NCBI GenBank assembly: GCA_037443185.1
Contig: JBBIOV010000001.1
Span: 10,866 to 74,865, forward strand
DNA length: 64,000 bases
From: a bacterium
GTDB taxonomy: Bacteria > Patescibacteriota > Minisyncoccia > 2-01-FULL-47-10 > JBBIMT01
Reading direction: 5' to 3'
In this document: in pieces, positions 19,889 to 30,506 of the stretch
Layout: the number at the start of each line of letters is the position of its first letter
Numbering within the stretch: position 1 is the stretch's first letter
Translations under genes and position numbers: made by a program
The notes under the pieces: model-generated
What the model saw: the letters and a program-made list of their open reading frames with translations, nothing else
What the model was told of the DNA's origin: nothing
Database searches by the model: none

Positions 19889-21307
19889 TTAACCTTCCTT
19901 ATCATTTAATATATTCAAAGCTATATCAATTCTTCTTAATGTTTCTTTTTTTCCTAAAGCATCGGCTATTTCTGTTGGACTAGCACTTTTTTCTTTTCCA
20001 GAAATAGCAACTCGAAAAGGCCAAAAGACTTTTCCTCTATCCTGATATTTTACTGAAATATCTTCTAAAGTTTTTTGAATGGAAATTTTATCGAAAAAAT
20101 CTAATTTACCAACAACTTCTTTGATTTCATTTAATATTATTTTTATTTCTTTAAAATTTTGATTTTTCCAAGCTAATAGCTCCGGTTTATAGTCAAGATT
20201 TTTTTTAAAATAAATGTCAACAACACTTTTAATGTCGCATAATTTTTTCATTCTTTCTTTTTCTAATAACAGAGCCTTGTTTAAATCAATACCAGCATCT
20301 TGAATCCATTTAAAATCAATTAAATTATCCTCCTTTAAATACTGAATTGCCAATTTAAAGAAATCATCGAAGTTCAATTTTTTCAGATAATAACTGTTCA
20401 AACTTTCTAATTTTTTTAAATCAAAAATAGCTGAACTTTTTTGAATTCGATTCAAAGAAAATTCTTTAATCAGTTCTGAAAGACTAAAATGCTCCCTATT
20501 ATCTGAAGGATGCCAACCAAGCAAAGCTAAAAAATTAATCAATGCTTCAGGAAGATACCCCTTTTTCTTAAATTCATTTAAAGAAGCGGCGCCGTGTCGT
20601 TTAGATAGCTTAGCTTTATCTTGACCCAAGATTAAAGGTAAATGAGCGAAATTTGGTGCTTTTTTATTTAAGGCTTCTAAAATTAAAATTTGTTTTGGGG
20701 TATTAGAAATATGCTCTTCCCCTCTTATTACATCAGTGACTGACATTTCCGAATCATCGACAACAGCAGCAAAGTTATATAAAGGCTCATTTAAACTTTT
20801 AGCAATCACAAAATCGCCTAAAGTGTTAGTGTTTATAGCAATTTCGCCTCTTATTAAATCTTTAAATTTGATTACTCTTCCCTGCTCTACTGCTAATCTA
20901 ATTACCGCATTAGCGGGTCTTAAAGAACGATTTGTTTTTTGATTACACCAATGGACCTGTGGTTTTCCTTTTAATTTTGCCTCTTGTCGTTCAGTTTCTA
21001 GTTCGTTTTTTGTATGACTACAATAAAAAGCTTTTTTGTTTTTTAATAACAAAGATAAATAATCAGAATATATTTTTCGTCTATCTGATTGTCTATAAAA
21101 TTCATCCCATTTTAAACTTAACCAATCTAAACTTTTTATAATATCATCTTCATATTCTTTTTTAGAGCGTACCTTATCAGTATCTTCAATTCTTAAAATG
21201 AATTTTCCATTATTTTGACGGGCTAAAAGAAAATTGTATAGAGCTGTTCTAACTCCTCCAATATGTAAATAACCAGTTGGTGAAGGGGCAAACCGTGTAA
21301 TGGTCAT
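19889..21307 (-). CDS. gltX: Glutamate--tRNA ligase
   Basis: RFAPSPTGYLHIGG, LRIEDTD, KLSKRHG. Confidence 0.98.
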   Translation of the reverse strand: MTITRFAPSPTGYLHIGGVRTALYNFLLARQNNGKFILRIEDTDKVRSKKEYEDDIIKSLDWLSLKWDEFYRQSDRRKIYSDYLSLLLKNKKAFYCSHTKNELETERQEAKLKGKPQVHWCNQKTNRSLRPANAVIRLAVEQGRVIKFKDLIRGEIAINTNTLGDFVIAKSLNEPLYNFAAVVDDSEMSVTDVIRGEEHISNTPKQILILEALNKKAPNFAHLPLILGQDKAKLSKRHGAASLNEFKKKGYLPEALINFLALLGWHPSDNREHFSLSELIKEFSLNRIQKSSAIFDLKKLESLNSYYLKKLNFDDFFKLAIQYLKEDNLIDFKWIQDAGIDLNKALLLEKERMKKLCDIKSVVDIYFKKNLDYKPELLAWKNQNFKEIKIILNEIKEVVGKLDFFDKISIQKTLEDISVKYQDRGKVFWPFRVAISGKEKSASPTEIADALGKKETLRRIDIALNILNDKEG

Positions 21308-21354
21308 ATTAATTTAAATTTTTTATGTAATTAAATGAATATAAATACTCAAAT

Positions 21355-22587
21355 TTATTTAAAAAATATTTTATCTTGAGCTTGAATCTCTGAAGTAAAA
21401 CTTGGATCATTATGAATTTGCGTGGTATTTTGAGTAGATTGTTCATTTGAGTAAGGTGAGGAATCGTTTTGATATTTGCTAATATTTAATATATTAAAAA
21501 TCTCGCTGGCTAAAATTTGCGTTGCATTTTGATTAACAAAAGAAAAGGCGGCTTTGGACATTTTTTCTTTTAAAGGAATATCATTTAAAATATTTTTGAT
21601 TTCTGATATTAAGAGTTCTGGGGTTAAATTATTTTGATTTAATATAAGCGCTGCTCCGGTTCTTGCATATAAAAAAGCATTTTTTTGTTGATGTAAAGAG
21701 GCTGATTCAGGTAAAGGAATTAAAATACTTGGTTTTCCCCATTGAGCGATTTCAAAAATGGATCCGGCCCCTGCTCGACTAATTACTAAATCCGCAGCGT
21801 TTAAATAACTTGCAAGCTCATCTTCTTCTAAAAAAGCCACTAATTTAAAATTTTTCGTTTCTGAAGGATCAATTTGGTAAATAAGATTCAGTTCTTGAGA
21901 AAATTCATCGAAGTTATTTTTACCACACTGTAAAACGATAAAATAATCATTTAATAAATGACTTAAACTTTTAGCGATAAGCGCATTTAACGCCTGAGCG
22001 CCAAGTGAGCCTCCTAAAACTAAAATTAAAGGAACATTGATATTTAATTCTTTCTTAATATCTTTGATATTTTCCTTTTTTTTGCGAATTAAATTGCCAA
22101 TTAAAGCAGTTTTTTGAGCAGGAAAAAATTGCATTGTATAAGAAAAAGATACCGCTATTCTTAATGAAAATCTTGATAAAATTCTATTGGCTAAACCAGG
22201 AATACTATCTGATTCATGAATAACTATAGGAATTCTATAAATCCAGGCAGCCAATCCAACAGGAACGCTATCATAGCCACCTTTTACGAAAACGATATCA
22301 GGCATAATTAGCCAAACAACAAAAAGACTTTTTATCAAAGAATAAATAAATTTAAAAGGATCGATAAAGTTAACTAATGAAAAATAACGACGCAATTTTG
22401 CTTTAGCGATAAAATAAGCTGTTATCCCCTCTTTGTTATAAAAATCAGACCCCAAAAAATCAGCCCCACAATAAAAAGGTTCAAAAAGCACTTTCCTTTT
22501 TTGGGCTTCTTCTTTTAATTCTCTATGCAAGGCAATTATGGAAAAAGTATGTCCTCCACTTGAACCACCTGTGTATAAGATACGCAT
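21355..22587 (-). CDS. murG: Lipid II GlcNAc transferase MurG
   Basis: TGGSSGGH, KGGY, HESD, GGSLGA, SRAGAGS. Confidence 0.96.
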   Translation of the reverse strand: MRILYTGGSSGGHTFSIIALHRELKEEAQKRKVLFEPFYCGADFLGSDFYNKEGITAYFIAKAKLRRYFSLVNFIDPFKFIYSLIKSLFVVWLIMPDIVFVKGGYDSVPVGLAAWIYRIPIVIHESDSIPGLANRILSRFSLRIAVSFSYTMQFFPAQKTALIGNLIRKKKENIKDIKKELNINVPLILVLGGSLGAQALNALIAKSLSHLLNDYFIVLQCGKNNFDEFSQELNLIYQIDPSETKNFKLVAFLEEDELASYLNAADLVISRAGAGSIFEIAQWGKPSILIPLPESASLHQQKNAFLYARTGAALILNQNNLTPELLISEIKNILNDIPLKEKMSKAAFSFVNQNATQILASEIFNILNISKYQNDSSPYSNEQSTQNTTQIHNDPSFTSEIQAQDKIFFK

Positions 22588-22791
22588 ATTGTTAAAAAAT
22601 TAATTTAGTATTTATTATATCTGCTTCTATGGTGTATCGTAAAATAATGATTTGATGATTAAATTAAAATAAAAGTTATTATAATCCTATTTTTTATTTT
22701 TAATTTAACATTTTTCATTTTTTCTTTAACACCTTTGTTTTTACGGTATTTTTACCATTTTACATTATTTTTAGCAAATATTCTACTTCGT

Positions 22792-23874
22792 TTATATCTT
22801 CTGGCTTTTTGCTATGTTTACTACCACACCCAAAGAAAACATAGTAACGATTAATGAAGTACTGCCATGGCTAATCAATGGCAAAGTAACACCGGTAAAT
22901 GGAAATACATTTAAAACCCCGCCCATATTAATTATTGATTGGACCAATATCATAATCCCAACTCCGGCAGCACATAATTTAGCAAAAAAATCATCGGATT
23001 TTTTGCCGACACTTAAACAAAGTAGTCCCAAAAACATTATTGTACCTAATATCACTAAAGCGCCTATAAATCCTAATTCTTCACCAATAATCGCAAAAAT
23101 AGTATCACCAGCCGGCTCAGGTAAAAAATTCCATTTTTGACTTGAGTAACCGAAACCTTTCCCAAATAACCCACCAGATCCTAAAGAAATTAAAGATTCT
23201 TTTATTTGATAACCACTACCTAAAGGATCCTTTTCATAATTTAAAAAAGTATTTAATCTTTGGGCTTTTTCGGGAAAAACAGAAATTATTCCTAAAAAAA
23301 GAAAAAAACCAACGAGCAGCATTGCCACAAAATGAGAAAACTTACCGCCTCCTAAAAAAAATAATCCAAGGGCTATTGAGCCTATAATAAACAATGTGCC
23401 AAAATCAGGTTGAAATAAAATTAATATTCCAACCAAAGCCACGATAAAAATAAAACCAACTGTCCCTTCTTCAAATGTTTCTATTTTTTTATTCCTACTA
23501 CTTAACCAAGCGCTTAAATAAAAAATTAACCCTATTTTAGCAAGTTCTGCTGGTTGAAAAGATATAAATCCTAAATTAATCCAACTTGAAGAGTTGCCGA
23601 TTTTTAAACCCGCTGGTGAAAACACCAACACTAGTAAAATTAAACAAAAAATGAAAATCAAAAGAGCCAACTGTCTCCAAATATTATAAGGTAAAACGGC
23701 AGCAATTAAAAATCCAATTATTCCGATTAATCCCCCTATAAATTGTTTTTTTAAAAAATATAAACTATCATCAAAGGAAGAAATCCCCTTTACCGAAGAA
23801 GCTGAACTCAGCATTAAAAGCCCAAAAACAAAAAGTCCAAAAGTTACAAAGAAAATTGTTCGTCCTAAACTCAT
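22792..23874 (-). CDS. ftsW: SEDS peptidoglycan polymerase FtsW
   Basis: FQPAELAK, QPDFGT, GYQ, DTIFAIIGEELG, TGVTLPLISHG; between murD and murG; start set to ATG 23874. Confidence 0.94.
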   Translation of the reverse strand: MSLGRTIFFVTFGLFVFGLLMLSSASSVKGISSFDDSLYFLKKQFIGGLIGIIGFLIAAVLPYNIWRQLALLIFIFCLILLVLVFSPAGLKIGNSSSWINLGFISFQPAELAKIGLIFYLSAWLSSRNKKIETFEEGTVGFIFIVALVGILILFQPDFGTLFIIGSIALGLFFLGGGKFSHFVAMLLVGFFLFLGIISVFPEKAQRLNTFLNYEKDPLGSGYQIKESLISLGSGGLFGKGFGYSSQKWNFLPEPAGDTIFAIIGEELGFIGALVILGTIMFLGLLCLSVGKKSDDFFAKLCAAGVGIMILVQSIINMGGVLNVFPFTGVTLPLISHGSTSLIVTMFSLGVVVNIAKSQKI

Positions 23875-23891
23875 TTTTGAATTTAAAATCT

Positions 23892-25328
23892 TTAACAATG
23901 ACTGATTATTTTAGAAAAATGTTCTCCCCTTTCATATTCGTTTTTATAAGCATTAAAACTTGCACAAGCCGGTGAAAACAATAAAACCCCTCCTTTGATG
24001 CTATTTAAATAGGCAACCGCTTTTTTAACAGCATCTTCTAAATCATTCGCTTTATTAAATAGAAAATTTCTATTATTTCTCATTTCAATGAGATTAGTCA
24101 TTTTGTCAGAACCACTGCCTGGTATCATTATTAAAGCGCCTGAAAAATTTTCTATTAAATAATCAATTAATTCTGTAAAATCCAATTTTTTATCCTCCCC
24201 TCCTAAAATTAAAGCAACTTTTGTTTTGCCAAATTTTTCAATAATAGTTTTTGATGAACGCATTGTGGCTGTAGGATTTGTTGCGCAAGAATCATTAAAA
24301 AATGAAATTCCATTGGATTCTTTTTCAAGAGTTAATCGGTATTGAAGCCATTTAAAATTTTTTAAATAAATCGGTAAATTTTTAAAATTAGCTCCTAAAA
24401 TGAAAGCAGTTGTTGCAGCACAAAGAAGATTCTCAACATTGTGCTGACCAAAAATTTTTAATTCTTCTAATTTGGAAATGAAATTTTTATTGTGGCCCAA
24501 GAAAATAGAACCATCAGATAAATAAGCACCAGGTTGATAAATACTTTCTTTACTAATAACTTCACTTAAGTCAAATTTACTCGAAAATAAAAATACCTTC
24601 GATTTAGCTTCACTGGCTAATGAAAAAACATTTTTATAATCGAATGGTAAAACCAAAAAATCGTCTTTTTTTTGGTATTTGAAAATATTTTTTTTAGCAG
24701 CGATATAATTTTCCAAGGTGCCGTATTTATTTAAATGGTCATTAAAAATGTTAGTAATAACAGCAAGATTGGGGCTTTTTTTAATAATAGCCAGATCTTC
24801 AAGTTGAAAACTGGAAAGTTCCAAAACCACTAAAGTATCACTTTTAAGTTGAGGTAAAATGTTCAAAACCGATTTTCCAATATTGCCTGCTAAAGCAACC
24901 GGCCCTTTGCTTTTTAAAAGCTCTGCTGTTAAAGCGGCGGTGGTGGATTTGCCTTTGGTGCCAGTAATTCCGATTATGAAAGATGGACAAAATCGAAAGA
25001 AAATGGTAATATCGCTTTCCACTAAAACCCCATGATCTTTAGCAAGTTTTAAATAAGGTGATGTTTTAGAAATAGCTGGATTTTTTATAACAATGTCTGT
25101 GTCAATAAAATTTTCTGGTAGATGTTTTCCTAAAACATATTCAATGTTGTATGCTTTTAATTTTTCGAGGCTTGGTTTTAAATCCTCTTCTTTTTTAATA
25201 TCAGTAACCAAAACTTTTGCTCCATAGCGGGCAAAAAATTCAGCAGCCCCCACTCCTCCACCATGAAGTCCAAGCCCAAAAATCGTTACCTTTTTGCCTT
25301 TAATATCTTTTAAAGTTTTAAGTTCCAT
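23892..25328 (-). CDS. murD: UDP-N-acetylmuramoyl-L-alanine--D-glutamate ligase
   Basis: GITGTKGKSTT, GNIG, ELSSFQL, NDSCATN, SPACASF. Confidence 0.96.
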   Translation of the reverse strand: MELKTLKDIKGKKVTIFGLGLHGGGVGAAEFFARYGAKVLVTDIKKEEDLKPSLEKLKAYNIEYVLGKHLPENFIDTDIVIKNPAISKTSPYLKLAKDHGVLVESDITIFFRFCPSFIIGITGTKGKSTTAALTAELLKSKGPVALAGNIGKSVLNILPQLKSDTLVVLELSSFQLEDLAIIKKSPNLAVITNIFNDHLNKYGTLENYIAAKKNIFKYQKKDDFLVLPFDYKNVFSLASEAKSKVFLFSSKFDLSEVISKESIYQPGAYLSDGSIFLGHNKNFISKLEELKIFGQHNVENLLCAATTAFILGANFKNLPIYLKNFKWLQYRLTLEKESNGISFFNDSCATNPTATMRSSKTIIEKFGKTKVALILGGEDKKLDFTELIDYLIENFSGALIMIPGSGSDKMTNLIEMRNNRNFLFNKANDLEDAVKKAVAYLNSIKGGVLLFSPACASFNAYKNEYERGEHFSKIISHC

Positions 25329-25355
25329 AATAAATGATTTTTTTTGTTTAAATTT

Positions 25356-26372
25356 TTATTGACGTGATAAAAACCAAATAATAAAACCAATAACACAAGA
25401 CATTACAGAGATAATCCAAAATCGTTCTGTAATTTTAGTTTCTGGCCAACCTTTAGCTTCGAAATGATGATGAATTGGAGTAGATAAAAAAACTTTTCTC
25501 TTTAAGAATTTTTTACTTAATAATTGAATGATTACAGACGATGATTCTAAAAATAATACCGGAGCAAAAAAAGGAAGTAAAATCACTGTATTGGTTAAAA
25601 TTGCGACAACTCCTAAAATAGCGCCCAATGATAGTGAACCAGTATCTCCCATAAAAAATCTTGCCGGGTGGATATTAAACCACAAAAAAGCAAGCAATGA
25701 ACCAATAGTTACACTAAGTAATGCTGCTAAATTTAATCTTCCCAAAATAAAAGCGATAATGCCTTGAGCAGTTAAAGCAAAAAGCAAAACTCCGCCAGCT
25801 AAACCATCAATCCCATCAGTTTCATTAGCTGAAAGAGAAGATGCAAGTAAAACTAAAATAAAAAACAAAAACGCCGCAATACTTCCTATTTCTAAATTTC
25901 CCCAAAACGGAATAAATATTGAAGTGAACTCAAGTTTATAAACAAACCACCACGCACAAATTCCACTGATAATCCCGGAGGCTATAATTTTTGATAGTGG
26001 CGAAATTCCTTGACCATTTTTGCTTTTTTTAAAAATTCCATACAAATCGTCGATCAAACCAATTATACCAGCTAAAACCATAACTCCCAGAGGCAAAAAA
26101 GTTTCAGAGCGCGAAAGGAAATTAAAGGGGGTATATGATAAAAAAACAGCAAAAATAAGCACTGTTCCCCAAATTAAAATTCCAGCCATTGTCGGTGTGC
26201 CTGTTTTTTTGATGTGTATTTGGGTAAAAACTGGGGTTTCTGGAGAAATTCTAATTTGCTTACCAAGTTTATGTTTAAAAACAAAATCAGTAAAAACCGG
26301 CGTTAAAAAGATGGTAAAGAGAAACGAAAAAACTGTTAAGACTCCTAATTTTATCAAAATTAACTCGTTCAT
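25356..26372 (-). CDS. mraY: Phospho-N-acetylmuramoyl-pentapeptide transferase
   Basis: GTPTMAG, GLIDD, TDGIDGLA, FMGDTGS, PIHHHFE. Confidence 0.97.
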   Translation of the reverse strand: MNELILIKLGVLTVFSFLFTIFLTPVFTDFVFKHKLGKQIRISPETPVFTQIHIKKTGTPTMAGILIWGTVLIFAVFLSYTPFNFLSRSETFLPLGVMVLAGIIGLIDDLYGIFKKSKNGQGISPLSKIIASGIISGICAWWFVYKLEFTSIFIPFWGNLEIGSIAAFLFFILVLLASSLSANETDGIDGLAGGVLLFALTAQGIIAFILGRLNLAALLSVTIGSLLAFLWFNIHPARFFMGDTGSLSLGAILGVVAILTNTVILLPFFAPVLFLESSSVIIQLLSKKFLKRKVFLSTPIHHHFEAKGWPETKITERFWIISVMSCVIGFIIWFLSRQ

Positions 26373-26399
26373 AAAAAATTAAATAATAAGTTAAAAAAT

Positions 26400-27401
26400 T
26401 CATTGCCAAATAAAACCATCTTTAAGATACGAAATCAAATTTTCGGTATCTGCGTAGCGATTTTGTGAATTCAATACAACTAATATTAATTCCCTGTTGT
26501 CAGGTACTTTAATAATAGCGGCATAATTTTGAAGTGCTTTTTGAGTCGTACCAGTTTTCCCAAAAACTATATCTGGATTATCAATTAATTGATTAGTATT
26601 TTTAATCAATATTTTCCTTTGTGCTAAAGATGAAAGTTCAATTTCTTTAATAGAGAGAATTTTTTTTATAACAGGCTGATTGCTAATAAAATGCAATAAA
26701 GTTGCCAAATCTTCAGCGGTGGAATAATTTTTTTCATCATCCAACCCTATCGGATTTTGGAAATGAGTATTATCCATTTTAAGGCGTTTAGCCGTTTCGT
26801 TCATTTTTTCGACGAAGTTTTCAATGCCAAAATGATGAGCAATGGCGTAAATTGCATTATTGTTTGATTCAATTAAAGCGAATTTTAAAAGAGTTTCTAC
26901 AGAATATCGTTCGCCGGCATAAAATCTTAAAAAACTGCCTTTATAAGCAACATCATCTTGTGTTAATTGGATAATAGTTTGAAGATCAATATTATCTAAA
27001 ATCACTAATGCTGCCATCAGTTTAGTTAAACTACCAATTTGAAGTTTTAATTGTGGATTTTTTTTAAAAAATATCCTACTTGTATTAAAATCTATGACGA
27101 TCGCCGATTTTGCGCTCAATGTTGGAACAAGTGTGTCGGTTTTTAAAATTGGGAAGGAAATAGGTTTTAAAAATGATTCCAGTTCGAAAGATAAATTTTC
27201 ATTTAATGCATTATTGTTTTGAACATTTTTTGCTAGGACGTTTTCGATTGCAACCGCTGATGAATCAGAAGCATTATCTGTTAATAAGAAAAAAATAGCC
27301 AAAATAAAAAGAATCGGAACACAAAATCCCAAAAGCAAAGCAACAAAATAAATAGAAATGTTATTTATTTTTTTCTTTGTTGTGTTTAACATATATTCCA
27401 A
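26400..27401 (-). CDS. D-alanyl-D-alanine carboxypeptidase (peptidase S11)
   Basis: SLTK (SxxK), SNN (SxN), KTG; N-terminal TM. Confidence 0.92.
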   Translation of the reverse strand: MEYMLNTTKKKINNISIYFVALLLGFCVPILFILAIFFLLTDNASDSSAVAIENVLAKNVQNNNALNENLSFELESFLKPISFPILKTDTLVPTLSAKSAIVIDFNTSRIFFKKNPQLKLQIGSLTKLMAALVILDNIDLQTIIQLTQDDVAYKGSFLRFYAGERYSVETLLKFALIESNNNAIYAIAHHFGIENFVEKMNETAKRLKMDNTHFQNPIGLDDEKNYSTAEDLATLLHFISNQPVIKKILSIKEIELSSLAQRKILIKNTNQLIDNPDIVFGKTGTTQKALQNYAAIIKVPDNRELILVVLNSQNRYADTENLISYLKDGFIWQ

Positions 27402-28767
27402 GTTCTTCTAACTGTTCTTTTTCTATTACTGATGGACTATCCATAATAGAAGTTTTACCATTGCCGTCTGTTGGAAAAGGGATTACTTCACGAATATTAA
27501 GTTCATGATTTAAAACACATAAAAGTCTATCAAAGCCCCAAGCGATACCACCATGAGGTGGAGCTCCGAAACTAAAAGCTTCTAACATATGACCGAAATT
27601 TTCCTTGATTTTTTCATCTGATAAACCAATAATTTCAAATACAGCCTTTAAAGCTTCAGGCTGGTGGTTGCGAATACTCCCCCCGCCGATCTCCAATCCA
27701 TTTAAAACAATATCATACTGGGTAGTTAAAATTTTATCTATATTTTGTTTTTTTAAAAGATTTTCCATATGTTCTTCAGTGGGTTTTGAAAATGGATTGT
27801 GGGTAAAAGTCCATTTTCCGTCTTCGTTTTTTTCAAAAAAAGGAAAATCAATAATCCAGCAAAAGGCAAGCAAGTGAGGATCAGTTTTATCTTTTCTAAT
27901 ATCTGGTTTATCAATATTATATTTCTGAATAGCTTCTTTATAAGTGATTTTAGGAAATGGTATCTCTTGGATTTTTTTATGAGGATATAATTTAGTAACA
28001 ATTTCTATCAATAATTTTTCATTTAAATCCATAACATCTTCTCTTGTAACAAAACTCATTTCCATATCAAGTTGTAAAAACTCAAATTGCCTATCTCCCC
28101 GTAAATCTTCATCACGAAAACATTTAGCAAATTGAAAATATTTCTCAAAACCAGAAACCATTAAAAGCTGCTTATATTGTTGGGGCGCTTGGGGCAAGGC
28201 GTAAAATTTTCCTTTATGGAGTCTAGAAGGCACTAAAAAATCTCGCGCTCCTTCAGGAGTACTTTTTGATAAAATTGGAGTTTCAATTTCAATAAATCCT
28301 CTTTTGGATAAATAATTTCTAATAAAAAGTTGAATTTCTGCTCGCTTTTTTATATTTTGTTGTAGGCGATTACGTCTTAAATCTAAATAGCGATATTTCA
28401 AGCGTAAATTTTCATTAATCTCAATTCCCTCGCCCAATAAATCAAATGGTGGAGTTTGAGACTGATTCAAGATTTCTAATTTATCAGCTGATATTTCGAT
28501 TTCTCCGGTTGGCATTTTGTCATTTATCATATTTTCTGGTCTTTTATTTACAATCCCTTCAATTTTCACCACAAACCAATCACGAAGTTTTTGGGCATCT
28601 TTTAGGCTTTCGTTTTTTAAATAAAAAATAACTTGACAAACACCAGAAACATCCTTAATATCGCAAAAGATTATTTTTCCGTGGTCGCGACGTGAAATAA
28701 CCCAACCTGAAATTTCAACCCTTTCCCCGATTTTTTGGGGAGTATCTTTTATGTAAGTTCTTTGCAT
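27361..28767 (-). CDS. aspS: Aspartate--tRNA ligase, short form lacking the GAD insertion domain
   Basis: RRDHG, RYLDLR, STPEGARDFLVPSR, FRDEDLR, PPHGGIAWGFDR; 468 aa. Confidence 0.97.
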   Translation of the reverse strand: MQRTYIKDTPQKIGERVEISGWVISRRDHGKIIFCDIKDVSGVCQVIFYLKNESLKDAQKLRDWFVVKIEGIVNKRPENMINDKMPTGEIEISADKLEILNQSQTPPFDLLGEGIEINENLRLKYRYLDLRRNRLQQNIKKRAEIQLFIRNYLSKRGFIEIETPILSKSTPEGARDFLVPSRLHKGKFYALPQAPQQYKQLLMVSGFEKYFQFAKCFRDEDLRGDRQFEFLQLDMEMSFVTREDVMDLNEKLLIEIVTKLYPHKKIQEIPFPKITYKEAIQKYNIDKPDIRKDKTDPHLLAFCWIIDFPFFEKNEDGKWTFTHNPFSKPTEEHMENLLKKQNIDKILTTQYDIVLNGLEIGGGSIRNHQPEALKAVFEIIGLSDEKIKENFGHMLEAFSFGAPPHGGIAWGFDRLLCVLNHELNIREVIPFPTDGNGKTSIMDSPSVIEKEQLEELGIYVKHNKEKNK

Positions 28768-28865
28768 AATATTTTTATTCTATCATAAAATAAGCTAGCT
28801 GTAAATTGTTGCTTGAGATTATAATAAACAAAAAATCGCAAAAGCTTTTTAATATTCATTTTAAT

Positions 28866-30476
28866 TTAAATGGCAGTTGGCAATTCAATATGAAAAGTAC
28901 TTCCTTTGCCAATACCTGGAGAAGTCGCATAAATTTTGCCTTGATGGTCTTCGACAACTTTTTTAGCATAATAAAGCCCAAGCCCTGTTCCTTCAGTATA
29001 AAGTTGCGACACTCTAGAGCCGCGGAAAAATTTTTCAAATAATTTTGATAATTCTTCAGTGCTAATTCCGATTCCTGTATCGGTAACATTAATTGTGATC
29101 AATGAATTAATCTGTTTAACTTCAACAATTACACTTCCCTGCTCTGTATATTTTATGGCATTGTCAATAATGTTATAAATAACTTCATACATTTTTTTAT
29201 AATCAAACTTAATTTTTGATAGTGGCTTATCTGGCATATTTAAAACGAAATTCAGTTTTTTGCTTTCGGCTTTTGGTTTTAATTCTTCAAATATTTCTTT
29301 TACAAGGAGTTCTATATTGTTTATTGCAAAATGATATTCAACTTTACCTTTTTCAAGTCGAGAAATATCAAGCAATTCTTCTACCAAACCAATTAACCTT
29401 TCGGTAGTCACTGATAATTTCTCGATAAGTTTTTCTTGGGTTTCTGTAAAAGGACCGAAATCACCTTCCCGCGCTTCCGATAAATAACCTTTAAGATAGG
29501 ATAAAGGAGTTCTTAATTGATGCGAAGCAATAGACAAAAATTCACTTTTAAACTTATCGACCTGTTTTAATTGTTTATTGGTAATTTCCAACTTTTTTAC
29601 TAATTGTTCTATATTTTTACGAGTTGATATCTCTTTTAAAACACTTCTAATTAAAAGAAAACCAAATATTAAAATAAATATTGTTTGGCCTAAAAATAAT
29701 ATAAACCCAAAAATTGTTTTAGTTGTTAATAAATGAACAAGATTTATAATTAAAATAACAAAAATTAACAATTCAGTTGCAGCAACTTTTATATTAAATA
29801 ATTGATAACGGATAATAGCGCCTCCAATAAAAATAAATAATGGTAAGATAAATAATGGAGAATAAGGAACAAAAGCTGGATTATGAAAAAAAACTGTTTG
29901 TATGAAAAGAAAAAATAATAAAAAAGAATAAGTAGTTATTAAACCCAGTCCAATTAGGAACCATTGTTTTTTTAGTAGCCCGACAGCTGAAAGATAATTT
30001 TTTATTATATGAATAAAGGAAAAAACAGAAACCCCAATTAATATAACACTAAAAACTGGCATAAAAAATCCTGGACGAGGCAAAATTTTACCATCGACTG
30101 TATCAATACCCTTAAATCCATAGGGGCTTAATATAATGCTACTAGCAATTAACATTAGTAATAATATAAATATAATTTTTGACTTTGGTATAATAATTTT
30201 TTTTGATGGGAAATTAGTTACGAAAAAAAATAACAGAAAAACCAATTGTGTTGCCAATAAAAGCACTATTCGAATCCAAAAAAGAACTTTTTCACCAACA
30301 ACGTTAATTGAAATATAATTTGCTATAGCCCATGCAATAGTGAAAATTGTGTGCCCCCAAAAAAATCGATTAGTTGCGCTTTTATAATCGTGAAGGAAAA
30401 CGAAAAATCCTAAAAAGGTTAAAACAAGTGAAACAATAAAAGTACTTAATAATTTTAAGTCAACATTTATTATCAT
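28866..30476 (-). CDS. Membrane sensor histidine kinase with HisKA_7TM-like N-terminus
   Basis: About 9 hydrophobic segments; ASHQLRTPL (H box), NIIDNAIKYT, DTGIG, GTGLGL. Confidence 0.95.
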   Translation of the reverse strand: MIINVDLKLLSTFIVSLVLTFLGFFVFLHDYKSATNRFFWGHTIFTIAWAIANYISINVVGEKVLFWIRIVLLLATQLVFLLFFFVTNFPSKKIIIPKSKIIFILLLMLIASSIILSPYGFKGIDTVDGKILPRPGFFMPVFSVILIGVSVFSFIHIIKNYLSAVGLLKKQWFLIGLGLITTYSFLLFFLFIQTVFFHNPAFVPYSPLFILPLFIFIGGAIIRYQLFNIKVAATELLIFVILIINLVHLLTTKTIFGFILFLGQTIFILIFGFLLIRSVLKEISTRKNIEQLVKKLEITNKQLKQVDKFKSEFLSIASHQLRTPLSYLKGYLSEAREGDFGPFTETQEKLIEKLSVTTERLIGLVEELLDISRLEKGKVEYHFAINNIELLVKEIFEELKPKAESKKLNFVLNMPDKPLSKIKFDYKKMYEVIYNIIDNAIKYTEQGSVIVEVKQINSLITINVTDTGIGISTEELSKLFEKFFRGSRVSQLYTEGTGLGLYYAKKVVEDHQGKIYATSPGIGKGSTFHIELPTAI

Positions 30477-30506
30477 TTTTTTAAGAAAGAAATTATTATA
30501 AAAATT

